Shown: piece by piece, positions 19,237 to 30,470 of the stretch | Position numbering within the stretch: position 1 is the first letter of the stretch | Layout: every line of letters begins with the position of its first letter | Assembly: GCA_965213685.1 (NCBI GenBank) | Contig: CBDBZY010000031.1 | Location: 1-64,000, forward strand | From: a bacterium | GTDB taxonomy: Bacteria > UBA8248 | DNA length: 64,000 bases | Direction: 5' to 3' | Made by a program: the position numbers and the translations under genes | The notes under the pieces: generated by a model | Database searches by the model: none | What the model saw: the letters and a program-made list of their open reading frames with translations, nothing else | What the model was told of the DNA's origin: nothing

Positions 19237-19288
19237 AATATAGAAGGGGGAGAGGGTGGGCCACGCCGCGCAAATGCGGGGAGATGCG
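19237..19288 (-). promoter_or_regulatory. Putative activator-dependent late promoter of terminase/portal islet
   Basis: Minus strand: CGCATCTCCC-CGCATTTGCG-N26-TATATT. Confidence 0.7.
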
Positions 19289-19298
19289 CGCCTCCAGC

Positions 19299-19784
19299 CT
19301 AGTCGCGCATGTTCTCGAACTGGAGTGCGAGCGGGAGGTTCAGCTTCCGGCAGAGGGACATCACCGCCTGCAGATCGTCGCGCTTCTTGCCGCTCACCCG
19401 CAGCCGATCCCCCTGGACGGCGACCTGCACCTTCATTTTCGTCGCCTTCACTTTTTTGACGATGGCGCGCGCCGCGTCCTGGTCCACCCCCTGCCGCACG
19501 GCGACCACCTGCCGGAGGCTGCCGCCCGAGGCCGGTTCCGGCTCCTGGAAGTCGAGCGCGCGCCAGTCTATCTTCCGTCTCGTGCAATAGGCGCTCAGCA
19601 GCTCGCGCATCTGCCGGAGTTTGAAATCATCGTCGGCCAGGAGGGTGAGGGCCCCCTCTTTTCTCTCCAGCGCGCATCTCGACCCCTTGAAATCGAAGCG
19701 CTGGGCGATCTCGCGCCGCACGCCGTTCATCGCGTTGTCCACTTCCTGCAAATCGGTTCGGGAAACGATATCGAATGAGGGCAT
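19299..19784 (-). CDS. yajQ: YajQ family cyclic di-GMP-binding protein
   Basis: MPSFDIVS, RFDFKGS, RVSGKKRDDLQ, QFENMRD. Confidence 0.95.
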   Translation of the reverse strand: MPSFDIVSRTDLQEVDNAMNGVRREIAQRFDFKGSRCALERKEGALTLLADDDFKLRQMRELLSAYCTRRKIDWRALDFQEPEPASGGSLRQVVAVRQGVDQDAARAIVKKVKATKMKVQVAVQGDRLRVSGKKRDDLQAVMSLCRKLNLPLALQFENMRD

Positions 19785-20472
19785 CCGGTTCACAAGGCTC
19801 CTCTCGGAAATCGGGCGGCACCAGGAAAGCGCATCGGCCAAAACGTCCGGCACACGGGCGTCCGACTGCCGACGTCCGCAAGGTTCCCGGGCGCATACTA
19901 CACAGGCCACGCTCCTGATGATATAGTGCGGGGTGCGCGCATCTACCGCCACACGCCGCTCTGAGGACGACGGGGTTCCTTCTTCACGAGAGGGGAGCCC
20001 TCCTCCCTCTTTGTCGCACATCCATCTTGAGGCCCTTGAAGCGCTGAGACCATCCCGAAGGAAGCCCGTTCATGCGTCTTTCCACAGCCGCCATCCAGCC
20101 ATCCCAGTCCGAGGACGGAAAAGCGGCACCGCCCGCGCCTGGCTTTGCGCGCAGGACAGTGATAGAAGCCAGGGGATTCGATCTGGATGAGGCGAGGCGT
20201 CCGGTGAGCCGCGGAGCGGGACGGAGTGCGCGGCCGGCTTCCCGCCCACAAGCATGGCCCGGACGCGCGCGCATGACGAAGACGCAGAATCCACCGTGAA
20301 CGCCCCATCGAATCCCCGGAAACGGGCGGTGCCGGCAAAACGCGCGTCCATCCGGTGGAGGGTCGCATCCGCCTCCGAGCCGGGGAGCGGTAGAAGGCGA
20401 CCGCCCCAAACGAAAAAACCGTTTCCCGATCGCTTTTCCGACGCATTGTATCTTCTAGAGGAGACTCCCAAG

Positions 20473-21762
<1,290 letters not shown>

Positions 21763-21911
21763 GCCGCTCGCCTCGCGAAAAAAAGGAAGGGGCCCCGGCG
21801 CGCGCGCGGCGTCGGGGCTTCTCCGCGTCTCCCGGCCGGGCGGCGGCCCTTACTTTGGGGCGGGTCGCGCGGCTCAGGAGCGGATGATTCCCGGACGGGG
21901 GAGGGAGGGCC

Positions 21912-23762
21912 TCACGGGGATGCGGCGGCCGCCCGGACTCTCTCCAGGTACGCCTTGGCGTCATCGGGCAGGGAGGTGAAGCGCAGCGTCAACCTGTTTT
22001 CTTTCGCCTCCATCACCTTCGCGTAGGCTTCGGAGACGCCGCTCTCCTCCTCCGCCATCCGCAGCATCAGGTTCGCGTTTTTCTCGAAAGACGCCTCCGC
22101 CACGGCCTCGACGCAGTTCTCCGAGACGCGCCCGATCTCCCCGCGCACCGCGCACCCGGACACCTTCTTGCCCTCGAGGGCGAACATCCGCACGGGGATC
22201 GGCTCCGCCAAATCCACGAACGCCTCGGGCCGCACCTCCGGCATCTCGCACGCATACGCCCCGGACATGCCCCGCACCTCATAGACGCGCACCGGCCCCT
22301 CCAGGCCCTTGAAGCGCAAGTCCTGCGTCCCGCCCACCACCACGGAATCCGCCGTCTTGCAGTATGTTTCGGGACTGATGAGCACCTGCCCGCTCACCGT
22401 GTGGGACTCGATGCGATAGGCCATGTTGATGGCCGTGCCCATGGCGCCGTACTTGGTGCGCTTCTCGGAGCCGATGTTGCCGACTATCACCTCGCCCGTG
22501 TTGATGCCGATTCCCATGTGGAGCTCGGCCAGGCCGCGCCTCCTCTGCTCCTCGTTGATGTCCACCAGCGCGCCCTGCATCTCCACCGCGCAGGCCACCG
22601 CCCGCGCCGGGTCGTCGGGGGCGGCCAGGGGCGCGCCGAAAAACGCGAGAATGCCGTCGCCCTGGAACTCGTCGACCGTCCCCTTGTATCTCGTGATGAT
22701 CTCCACCATCGGCTCCAGAAAGCGGTTCACCACCTCGATGACCTCCCCCGGCGCGAGGCGGGAGGAGAGTGCGGTGAACCCCCTCAGGTCGGAGACCAGA
22801 AAGGTCACCTCGCGCACCTCGCCGCCCAGCTTCAGGCCATCCGGCGAGTTCAGCAGCTCGTCCACTATCTCCTCGCTGATGTAGCGACCGAAGGTGTCGC
22901 GTATGAAATCGCGCTGCTTCAGGCCCTCGACCATCCCCTCGAACGAGGCGGCGAGGCGACCCACCTCGTCGTTGCTCCTCCTGGCGGGAACCGAGACGTC
23001 GAGATTCCCCTGGCTCACCTCCTCGGCGGCGGACGTCAGGCTCCGGAGCAGGCGCAGCATCCGCGAGGAGGCCACCGCGAACAAAGCGAGGCCCAGTGCG
23101 AGCACCGCCGCCGTGAGGCCGAAGAGCCGGATGGTGTTCATCCGCACCTGCTCGGCCACGGGGTTCGCGAACTTGTTGAGCATCAGGATGGCCACCACCT
23201 TCCCGTCCCGCTTGATCGGCGCGTTGATTTGCAGGAACTTGTCGAAAACGCGGTCGCCCACCTTCCCGCCAAAAAGCCGGGAGTGCATCATCTCGCCGCG
23301 GCTCCACGTGTCCTCCGTGGCCCGGTAGGTGGCGGGAAAGAGCTGGTGGATGAAGGCGTCCTGGCCGATGGCGAATCCATCGTGGCCGGCCGCGACGAAA
23401 TGGTATCGGCCATCGGGCTGGCGGCGCATGATGACGGCGTTATCGACCTTGGTCCTTCTCTTGATGCCCCGCAACGCGACCAGAACGCGCCTGTAGGCGC
23501 CCGTCTTCTTGTCGCCCGGCTTCCGCAGGCTGTCGACGGCGTCCGGGTCGATGAGAGCGGCGCCGCGCTCGGCGAAGAACTCCAGCCTCGACGCCAGCAC
23601 CTGAATCTCGTAGTCGCGGCTGGATGCATAGTACTTGAACGCGAGGGGGACGACGGCGACGACGAGGATGACGAAGAAGAGCGCCAGGTTCTTGAACACG
23701 ATGGAGCAGTAAAACCCCCTGTGCCCTCGCGCGCTTGACTCCGGCCTGCTCGATTCCGACAT
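21912..23762 (-). CDS. Membrane adenylate/guanylate cyclase (sensor, HAMP, class III cyclase, PilZ-like C-terminus)
   Basis: Two TMs, DEVGRLA, SDLRGFT, FQGDG, GIGINTG, GNIGS. Confidence 0.9.
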   Translation of the reverse strand: MSESSRPESSARGHRGFYCSIVFKNLALFFVILVVAVVPLAFKYYASSRDYEIQVLASRLEFFAERGAALIDPDAVDSLRKPGDKKTGAYRRVLVALRGIKRRTKVDNAVIMRRQPDGRYHFVAAGHDGFAIGQDAFIHQLFPATYRATEDTWSRGEMMHSRLFGGKVGDRVFDKFLQINAPIKRDGKVVAILMLNKFANPVAEQVRMNTIRLFGLTAAVLALGLALFAVASSRMLRLLRSLTSAAEEVSQGNLDVSVPARRSNDEVGRLAASFEGMVEGLKQRDFIRDTFGRYISEEIVDELLNSPDGLKLGGEVREVTFLVSDLRGFTALSSRLAPGEVIEVVNRFLEPMVEIITRYKGTVDEFQGDGILAFFGAPLAAPDDPARAVACAVEMQGALVDINEEQRRRGLAELHMGIGINTGEVIVGNIGSEKRTKYGAMGTAINMAYRIESHTVSGQVLISPETYCKTADSVVVGGTQDLRFKGLEGPVRVYEVRGMSGAYACEMPEVRPEAFVDLAEPIPVRMFALEGKKVSGCAVRGEIGRVSENCVEAVAEASFEKNANLMLRMAEEESGVSEAYAKVMEAKENRLTLRFTSLPDDAKAYLERVRAAAASP

Positions 23763-24029
23763 ATCCAAGCCTCCCGAGGCTGCAGGGCATAGTATACACC
23801 ACCCGCTCCCCCGCCCGGAAAGCTCCTCCCTCCTGTTCGCGTTCGGTTGCCGGAAAGCGGCGCTTTCGCCCGGCGCCATCTCCCGGGGGGCGCGGCGGCG
23901 CCCACGCGCCGGCAGCCCGTCAGACGCGCGGGGAGGCACTCGATGGCGGCCCCCCGCCAGGCGGAACAACCCGCCCGACCACCCGTCAAACCAGCGCAGC
24001 AGGAAATCCCCCCGGGAGGCGGAGATTTC

Positions 24030-25775
24030 CTATTGCGCGGGGATCACCGGAAGCAGCACGTGGGAGGGATGCGCCGGCCCTGTGTGCAGCGTGACGCTTC
24101 CGCCAAACAGGGAGGTCGGCCTGTCCTCCTTGAGGTCGTGCTTGAAGGGGCCTACGCCGTAGTAGACGCGGCCCGATATTTTCGGGGCGGAAGGCTCGTA
24201 GCCGGGCCAGACGTAATCGCGCCCCCGCACGCTGAGTGCGAGGCGGTATCCCCTCGGCACCACGATGCTCGTGGGCCATATCTCCACGTCGAGTGCGTAT
24301 ATCTCGCCGGGCGTCAGGGGTTGCGCCTCGTCGTGTGCGTGATAGGGCCTGTAGGGTAGCGTGAGGGACGGGTCGAGCTTTCTGTGCGAGGCGCGCAGCC
24401 AGCCGATGGCCACGGGCGTGTGCGGGTCGTTCGAACCGCGATAGAGGACTTCCGTCATGTCCGGAGAGAAGACGCGCAGGACGAGGAACAGGTCGGCATC
24501 CTCCGTGTCCGAGGAGACGAACAGCCTGGCCGCGACGGGGCCGGTGATCTCGGTTTCCGCCTCCAAGGGGGGCGAGAGGTAGGTGAGGCCGTCCCCCAGT
24601 GCCTCATAGCGCTTGGCGCGCTCGTTGCGCTGCGGGTCCGTCCGCAGGGTGCCCGAGCCGGAGTGCAGGTAATACTTCGTCCACCGCGTGCGCGCGATGG
24701 GCCATTCGTCCTCGCCGCGCGCGACGAACCTCTCTCCCGGGTGGCGCACCTGCAGCAGCACCCTCGGCTGCTCCTCCCAGCCCGTGTCCTCCCCCTTCAG
24801 GAAATGGCCGAAGAATTTCTTCTGTAGCCCCACGCCGTAGTCGGTGTAGAAATGCGTGAAATGCTCGAGTCCGTGCATCTCCAGCCATTTCTGCCCGGTG
24901 GCCGAGCGGACGAAGCCCTCCGTGTTCCCCCTCGGGTGGAGTCCCACGCCGCCCCAGTTGCCCGCCGAGAGGAGCGGCACGTTGATTTTCGAGAAATCCG
25001 GCATCCGCGCCCGCCAGTAGTCGTCATCGAGCGGATGCGCGAGGATGTCCCGGCCGTAGTCGCTCCTGTTCGCGGCGAGTTCCTCCTCGGTGAGGTTCGA
25101 GGGGCCGGATATCCAGTCCCCGTTCAGCCTGCTCTTGATGCCGCGCGCACCCTTGCCGTGCTGGCGGGGAACGACGGCCTCGCGGTACCACGTCTCGCCG
25201 AAGCGGCAGGCGATGCCCCCGTGGTAGCCCATGTCGCGGTAGAAATCGGCCGCCCCCTCCCAAACGCACATCGCCGCCAGGTGCGGCGGCTGCAGCGCGG
25301 CCACCTGCCACTGGTTCATCCCGTAGTAGGAGATGCCGTTCAGTCCCACCTTCCCGTTGCTCCAGGGCTGCGTCCCCGCCCATTCGATGCAGTCGTAAAA
25401 GTCCCTGGCCTCGCGGGGCGACCACACGTCGAGATACCCGGGCGAGCGGCCCGCGCCCCGCGAATCCACCCGCACGCAGGCGTAGCCGTCGGGCACCCAC
25501 TTCTCGGGGTCCACGAGCTCCCAGTTCTGGTACTTGTTGGTCGTGCCCATGACGGTCTCGGGATAGTCGTTCACCATCAGGTGCCACTGGTGGGGATACC
25601 CATCCTGCAAATGGAGCCACTTCGCGTATGGGCCGTAGCTCATGATGACGGGATGCCTCCCCTCCCCGACGGGGCGATAGACGTCGCAGCGCAGCACCAC
25701 GCCGTCGTCCATCTCGACCGGCACGTCCCAGTCGATGCGCATCCCGTCCCTCGTCTCGCTCTTGTACTCGCTCAT
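24030..25775 (-). CDS. CocE/NonD family hydrolase
   Basis: DGVVLRCDVYRP, DSRG.G.SPG, WSNGKVG..GISY, GWLRASHR. Confidence 0.9.
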   Translation of the reverse strand: MSEYKSETRDGMRIDWDVPVEMDDGVVLRCDVYRPVGEGRHPVIMSYGPYAKWLHLQDGYPHQWHLMVNDYPETVMGTTNKYQNWELVDPEKWVPDGYACVRVDSRGAGRSPGYLDVWSPREARDFYDCIEWAGTQPWSNGKVGLNGISYYGMNQWQVAALQPPHLAAMCVWEGAADFYRDMGYHGGIACRFGETWYREAVVPRQHGKGARGIKSRLNGDWISGPSNLTEEELAANRSDYGRDILAHPLDDDYWRARMPDFSKINVPLLSAGNWGGVGLHPRGNTEGFVRSATGQKWLEMHGLEHFTHFYTDYGVGLQKKFFGHFLKGEDTGWEEQPRVLLQVRHPGERFVARGEDEWPIARTRWTKYYLHSGSGTLRTDPQRNERAKRYEALGDGLTYLSPPLEAETEITGPVAARLFVSSDTEDADLFLVLRVFSPDMTEVLYRGSNDPHTPVAIGWLRASHRKLDPSLTLPYRPYHAHDEAQPLTPGEIYALDVEIWPTSIVVPRGYRLALSVRGRDYVWPGYEPSAPKISGRVYYGVGPFKHDLKEDRPTSLFGGSVTLHTGPAHPSHVLLPVIPAQ

Positions 25776-26051
25776 GGCTCGCCTTTCCGGAAGAAGGGAA
25801 ACCGATCTGGACGATGCGTTCAGGAATGCGAAAATATATCCGACCACGCGCGCCCCGTCCAGGCCGGACGCCTCCCGGAGGCGAAACGCTGGGAGTGGGA
25901 AGAAAATGACGCGACGATTCCTTCCCCAAAACCTTACCGGAGAGGATGCGCAACGCTTTCTTTCATTGTGGCGGGGCGATAGGGGCGTGATTCCTGGGGT
26001 TGTGGTTTCGGCACCCGCGCGTCAGCGGAGGCAATCCGCGGGAAGTCGCTC

Positions 26052-26321
26052 TTACGTGTTGCGCTTCAAGCTATCGTGACCGCCTATGCGGCGCAGTGTA
26101 ATTTCGTCGTTTTCCCGCCAAAATGTCGCGCGGCACCCTTGGGTGATCCTCATGTACCAGACATACTTGCCTTCACGCATTTGTCCTAGCTTGCCGATTT
26201 TCAGAGAATTGTGTCCCGGGTTTTCACACAACAATCGTATTTGCTTTCTCGCGGCGTCCTGTATCTCGGGAGGGAGTTTCCTGAAATCTCGATCGAAACT
26301 TGATAAGCTAGAGAGTTTCAT
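26052..26321 (-). CDS. RelE/ParE-superfamily toxin
   Basis: F.RDFRKL...NP.H.SL...RIT...R..F...LRRIG.HD. Confidence 0.75.
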   Translation of the reverse strand: MKLSSLSSFDRDFRKLPPEIQDAARKQIRLLCENPGHNSLKIGKLGQMREGKYVWYMRITQGCRATFWRENDEITLRRIGGHDSLKRNT

Positions 26322-26336
26322 CCAGCATCATGCGCA

Positions 26337-26624
26337 TCACAAAGAGGCCAAAAGTTCGTCCACGGAATCGTAAGACTGAAGCCTTCCCGCTCTGTGATCT
26401 TCATCCGCCTCATCTTCCATGGCCTGCCATTCATCGGAATAAAACCAGGGAGGCTCTCTTTTCGTGCTGACGTCCATAGTATCCGCCTGCTCATAAGCAG
26501 GCGGGACAGTCTGTTGGGTTTGTGAAGCCTCGGGAATCCAACAAACCACCAAGGCCGGCGGCGATGTTTCCACCAACAGGCTCCAATAATCGTTTTTGAC
26601 GGTGGTCGCCGCACCCCCGTACAT
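26337..26624 (-). CDS. Putative antitoxin
   Basis: C-terminal WFYSDEWQAMEDEADED..AGR..SYDSVDELLASL; directly upstream of toxin. Confidence 0.65.
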   Translation of the reverse strand: MYGGAATTVKNDYWSLLVETSPPALVVCWIPEASQTQQTVPPAYEQADTMDVSTKREPPWFYSDEWQAMEDEADEDHRAGRLQSYDSVDELLASL

Positions 26625-26637
26625 AGCTCGCTCCACG

Positions 26638-26946
26638 TCAGGTTGAAGTCTGCTTTCGTTGCTCTGTAATTTGCATTGTATCCGGGAAAAACTTTCGACC
26701 CGTGGCCCTCTCGGCTTCCACAATTTGCCTCAACAGCATCATGGCCGTATCCGCCGCAACCTTCATGGGCAACATGACCTCGCCGACCACATGAGTTTTT
26801 TGGGTCTGTGGGCGCAATTGGGCGAATGACAAAATAATTCCTATATCCGCATTCGTCACCGCCCGGACAAAATCCGCAAAGGGGATATCCTTGTCTGCGT
26901 CCAAAACAAGAGGCCTCGCATCCTGTTGCTTGTCCTGGTTGTTCAT
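26638..26946 (-). CDS. DUF3467-like hypothetical protein
   Basis: FAD.V....IILSFAQ...V.LP...A......QI...E...G pattern; first gene of low-GC TA islet. Confidence 0.5.
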   Translation of the reverse strand: MNNQDKQQDARPLVLDADKDIPFADFVRAVTNADIGIILSFAQLRPQTQKTHVVGEVMLPMKVAADTAMMLLRQIVEAERATGRKFFPDTMQITEQRKQTST

Positions 26947-27164
26947 CAGCGCGAATACACTCCTTCGGAGCGACAAGAAATTTTACCTTCCTTGAATCCG
27001 TGGCGGCCAGAAAGCATCACTGCGATATTAGCAAACAACAAAGCCACGCGCCAACTATAACATATCCCCTACCCGGAAATTAACGCTGGCGCTTCTCGCG
27101 CCGAATGCGTGCTGATCCTCGCCCGCTCGGAAACCGGAACTCCTCGCCCGCTCGGAGTTCATCC

Positions 27165-27707
27165 TCAAACCCGCTCCTCCAGGGCGCGGGCCGCCTCCAC
27201 CGTGAGTTCCTGCAGTTTCGCCAACACCTCCGGGTGGGCGTGAAGCGACTCGCGCACCTCCCGCAAGATCGCCCCCTTCGCCGCCGCGAACCCGTCCTCG
27301 TATTCCAGACGGAGGCGCTCGGCCGATATGCGGGTGCGCTCCAGGGCGTTCACCATCCGGGCCAGGGTCTCGGGCGTGAGGTCATCGAAGGACTCCCGCT
27401 TCATCTGCGAGATCGCCTCGACCGCCTGCGTCATCAGCATCCGCCGCGCGGCCGCCGCCACCTTCTCGACCGGGTCCCGCCCCCGGCCGTCATACGCCAG
27501 CATCTCCCCGATCAGCTCGTCCACCATGGCCTCCACCCGCCTGCTCTTGCGGATGCCATCGCGCAGCCTGTCGTTCCGCTCGCCGACGGAGGAGAGGCAT
27601 ATATTCTCCGCCGTCGCCTCCCCGCAGGCCCGCCCCGCCCGCCGGGGGGTCTTCCCGCCACCGGCGCCGGCGATTCTCGCCCTGCGCCCTCCTCCTGCGG
27701 CCATCAC
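27165..27707 (-). CDS. Mu gp27/DUF3486-like protein (candidate small terminase)
   Basis: I.LSSVG motif, helical body, C-terminal HPE....L; GTGA overlap with gp26-like gene. Confidence 0.55.
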   Translation of the reverse strand: MMAAGGGRRARIAGAGGGKTPRRAGRACGEATAENICLSSVGERNDRLRDGIRKSRRVEAMVDELIGEMLAYDGRGRDPVEKVAAAARRMLMTQAVEAISQMKRESFDDLTPETLARMVNALERTRISAERLRLEYEDGFAAAKGAILREVRESLHAHPEVLAKLQELTVEAARALEERV

Positions 27708-28036
27708 AACTCTCCCACGAGGATGTCGGGTGCGGAGGAAACCGTTCCCTCGAGCAGGCCCCGCCCCTTGCGGGAGAGGTGTACCTCATAGTCCGTCAGC
27801 AGGCGCCCGAACCCCTCCGGGGTGTGTTTCTCCAAAAAGCCCCGGGCGGCGAGATCCTCCACGAACGCCTCTATCGTCTCGCGGCCAATGGGCGCGCCAT
27901 CCTCATGGTGGCCCGCCTCGCGCAGCGCGCTCCACAGCAGAAGGCTGCCCACCGGGGATTGGTCATGAAAGGCTCCCTGGTAATAGAGCGTCTTCAATAT
28001 GTCGCCGCGAAGAACGCGGGCCGCCAACTCGTTCAC
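27704..28036 (-). CDS. Mu gp26-like winged-helix protein
   Basis: R..ILK.L, L..RGFL, V.LS.KG..LLEG....P.I; GGAGG RBS. Confidence 0.6.
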   Translation of the reverse strand: MNELAARVLRGDILKTLYYQGAFHDQSPVGSLLLWSALREAGHHEDGAPIGRETIEAFVEDLAARGFLEKHTPEGFGRLLTDYEVHLSRKGRGLLEGTVSSAPDILVGEL

Positions 28037-28212
28037 GATGATATACCTCCCGGGTAGCTGTCATGATATGAGGCGTCTCCCGCGGACGAGGGCGGACGCC
28101 GCGCCGCGTGAGAGGCCGCCCCCGCCCCGATATGCGCCGGGTTCGGCGAGGCCTTGAGAGCCTTGAGAAAAAAGCGCCGCCGACGCACAATGGGGGCGAG
28201 GAGGATGCCCCG

Positions 28213-28614
28213 ATGCCCGCAGCCGCCCTGAGAGCCGCCATCGGCGCCGTCTTTGCGCTGTGGTTCGCGTGCCTGCCCGCGCCGCCGGCGCTTGGCCACG
28301 GGGAGGAGGAAATCCTCCTGTTCACCTATCTGGCGGAGGAGCCCAACCTTCTGAGAATCTCGACAGCTGTCGTGGGCGGCATCATCCTGGCGATGGGATT
28401 CTTCATCACCTTCCAGTCGCGCGCCCAGGCGAGAGCGGAGAGGGGATCGGACTCCCGCATTTTCCGGCTGATGGCACCGGGCGTCATCATCACGGGCCTG
28501 GGCGTCGTCATACTGCTCACGGCCGCCTTCGTTTTGCCCGACCGCCTCACCGTCGTGCACGATCATCCCCTGCACCGCGCCGAGAGGGACGCCCGGCAGG
28601 GCGGAGGACACTAA
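28213..28614 (+). CDS. Hypothetical membrane protein
   Basis: Signal-like segment plus two TM helices. Confidence 0.6.
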   Translation: MPAAALRAAIGAVFALWFACLPAPPALGHGEEEILLFTYLAEEPNLLRISTAVVGGIILAMGFFITFQSRAQARAERGSDSRIFRLMAPGVIITGLGVVILLTAAFVLPDRLTVVHDHPLHRAERDARQGGGH

Positions 28615-28703
28615 AAAAGCCCCCCGCCCGTCCACCGCGCGCGCGCGGCGTCGTCGCGCCGGCTTCCCGTCCCAGGCCCGGAAACGCCTGGAAGGGCACC
28701 ACC

Positions 28704-28871
28704 TCAATGGGCGCCGTCGCTCGCCGAGACGAGACCCACGCCCGCCAACGCGCCCAGAAGGTCCTGAATCGCCATCACGTCCATCCCCCCGCCGTAGACC
28801 TTCGCGACCAGCGAGAGGAGACTCGCTCCCAGAACCAGATAGCCGGTGACCGTCGTCTTGGGATGATGCAT
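28704..28871 (-). CDS. Small two-TM holin-like protein (55 aa)
   Basis: MHHPKTTVTGYLVLGASLLSLVAKVYGGGMDVMAIQDLLGALAGVGLVSASDGAH; KTT..G and GL..A.D; GGAGG RBS. Confidence 0.55.
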   Translation of the reverse strand: MHHPKTTVTGYLVLGASLLSLVAKVYGGGMDVMAIQDLLGALAGVGLVSASDGAH

Positions 28872-28947
28872 TCTCAATTCCTCCATGAAGGGAGAAGACG
28901 CGCCCGGCACGGAGCGCGCCCGGAGGCGGTGCGCCTCCACGGGCAGC

Positions 28948-29009
28948 ACCCTATCCGCTGGCGGGGCGATGCCGATGGCGGAAAACGCGGGGGATTGCGG
29001 GAAGGTGCG
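28948..29009 (-). promoter_or_regulatory. Putative activator-dependent late promoter of holin islet
   Basis: Minus strand: CGCACCTTCC-CGCAATCCCC-CGCGTTTTCC-N26-TAGGGT. Confidence 0.6.
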
Positions 29010-29120
29010 GCCCCGGCGTTTCAGTCCGCCGGAAAATGATGGTACAATTCCCTGCGTAGGGGGATTGCCTGACCCCGATGCGATTCTCGCCCACACCGCT
29101 TGACACCTGGGAGAAAGACG

Positions 29121-29612
29121 ATGAGAAAACTGATGGCCGCTACGATGACGGGCGCCCTCGCCCTGGGACTCGCAGGCTGCGGCGCCGGACAAGGGGGCAT
29201 GGAGAAGCGAACCGGCGGAGCGATCATCGGCGGAATCGCGGGCGGCGTGCTCGGCTCCAAAATCGGGAAAGGCCGGGGCCGCGACGTCGCGACGATCGCG
29301 GGCGCCATCATCGGCGGCCTCTTGGGTGACTCCATCGGCAAGCAGCTCGACGAGCGCGACCGCCTCCTGATGGCGCGCCGCACGCAAAGCACGCTGGAGA
29401 GTGGAAAATCCGGCAGGACCGCCAGGTGGGTGAACCCGGACACGGGCCACCGGGGCACCATCACGCCCAAACCCGCCTATCGGGTCACCAGGGGAGCGAC
29501 CCGGACGTATTGCCGGGAATTCCAGCAGACCATCACCGTGGGCGGCAAAACCGAGCGCGCCTATGGGCGGGCCTGCCGCCAGCCCGACGGCAGCTGGAAG
29601 ATCAGGAACTAG
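29121..29612 (+). CDS. Glycine-zipper lipoprotein, 17 kDa surface antigen family
   Basis: Lipobox LAGC, glycine zipper, W.NPDTG, CREFQQTI.VGG, ACRQPDGSW. Confidence 0.9.
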   Translation: MRKLMAATMTGALALGLAGCGAGQGGMEKRTGGAIIGGIAGGVLGSKIGKGRGRDVATIAGAIIGGLLGDSIGKQLDERDRLLMARRTQSTLESGKSGRTARWVNPDTGHRGTITPKPAYRVTRGATRTYCREFQQTITVGGKTERAYGRACRQPDGSWKIRN

Positions 29613-29838
29613 GGCGCGCGCAGCGGCCGCATCCCTCCCGCGCGGCCGCCTCCTGCGACAAGCCGGGATTTTGCGGCGGCGCTCTCCCGCCCTGGAGCGT
29701 CCGGTACGGCATCCGCCCGAACCGCCGCCCTGCGTGAAGCAACGCCCCGCCCGATATGGTCGTGTCCCGGCGCATCGCCTGGCGCACCACCCGTCCCGCA
29801 GGCATTCGCGGTCTCCCGCAGGGGAGGATTTCCCCCTA

Positions 29839-30225
29839 CTACTCCTCCTCCCGCATTCCGCCGAATTTCCACTCGAGGTCGAGCGGGAACTCCTCCTGCA
29901 TCTTCTCGATGTAGGCCAGGACGTCCTCGCGGCGGAAGCGCGCGCTCTTGAAGGAGGGATGGTTCTTCGGCTGTCGAACGCCCGGGCGCGGGGGCGGGCG
30001 GCGGAGGTAGACGGGCCGCAGGCAGGGAGCGTCGCTCGCGCAGTCCTCGGCCACGATGGCGTCGAGCGAGCGGTGGCTCTTGTAGCCCAGAACCTTGGCC
30101 AGCATGGGCTTGGTGAGAAGCGCCTCCTCCTCCAGAATGCGGCGCGGAGTCCTGGGGTCCGGCGGCGCCTGCTTGGCGCCTCCGCCATTGCGCTTGCGCG
30201 TGCGGGCATCCCCGGGCGGGCGCAT
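29839..30225 (-). CDS. Excisionase/MerR-like helix-turn-helix DNA-binding protein
   Basis: LLT...LAKVLG...S.....RFRREDVLAYI; TGATG coupled to upstream ORF. Confidence 0.6.
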   Translation of the reverse strand: MRPPGDARTRKRNGGGAKQAPPDPRTPRRILEEEALLTKPMLAKVLGYKSHRSLDAIVAEDCASDAPCLRPVYLRRPPPRPGVRQPKNHPSFKSARFRREDVLAYIEKMQEEFPLDLEWKFGGMREEE

Positions 30226-30470
30226 CAGCGGAGCGCCTCTTGCAAGGGGAGCACCTGAACGTCGCGCCGCCTAGCGCGCCCCGACCGCAGGAGCGCGTCG
30301 GCGCGCCTCCGGGCGGATGCGAGGCTCGGGAACAGGAGGCTGACGCTCCTGTCGCGCGTCAGGTCCCGATAGGTGAGCAGCGCGCCCTCCCCCGGCACGC
30401 CGAACCCCTCGTCCACCAGGTCGGATATGGTGCGCTCATGGGTGCTGATGAAAGAGACGGCCTCGTCCAT
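30225..30470 (-). CDS. Hypothetical protein (81 aa)
   Basis: GGAGG RBS; coupled to HTH gene. Confidence 0.55.
   Translation of the reverse strand: MDEAVSFISTHERTISDLVDEGFGVPGEGALLTYRDLTRDRSVSLLFPSLASARRRADALLRSGRARRRDVQVLPLQEALR

Noticed and set aside
28040-28140. Fourth copy of the late promoter motif before the gp26-like gene
   Set aside because: A TATCAT -10 exists (28068-28063) but no matching 10-bp repeats at the 26-bp spacing
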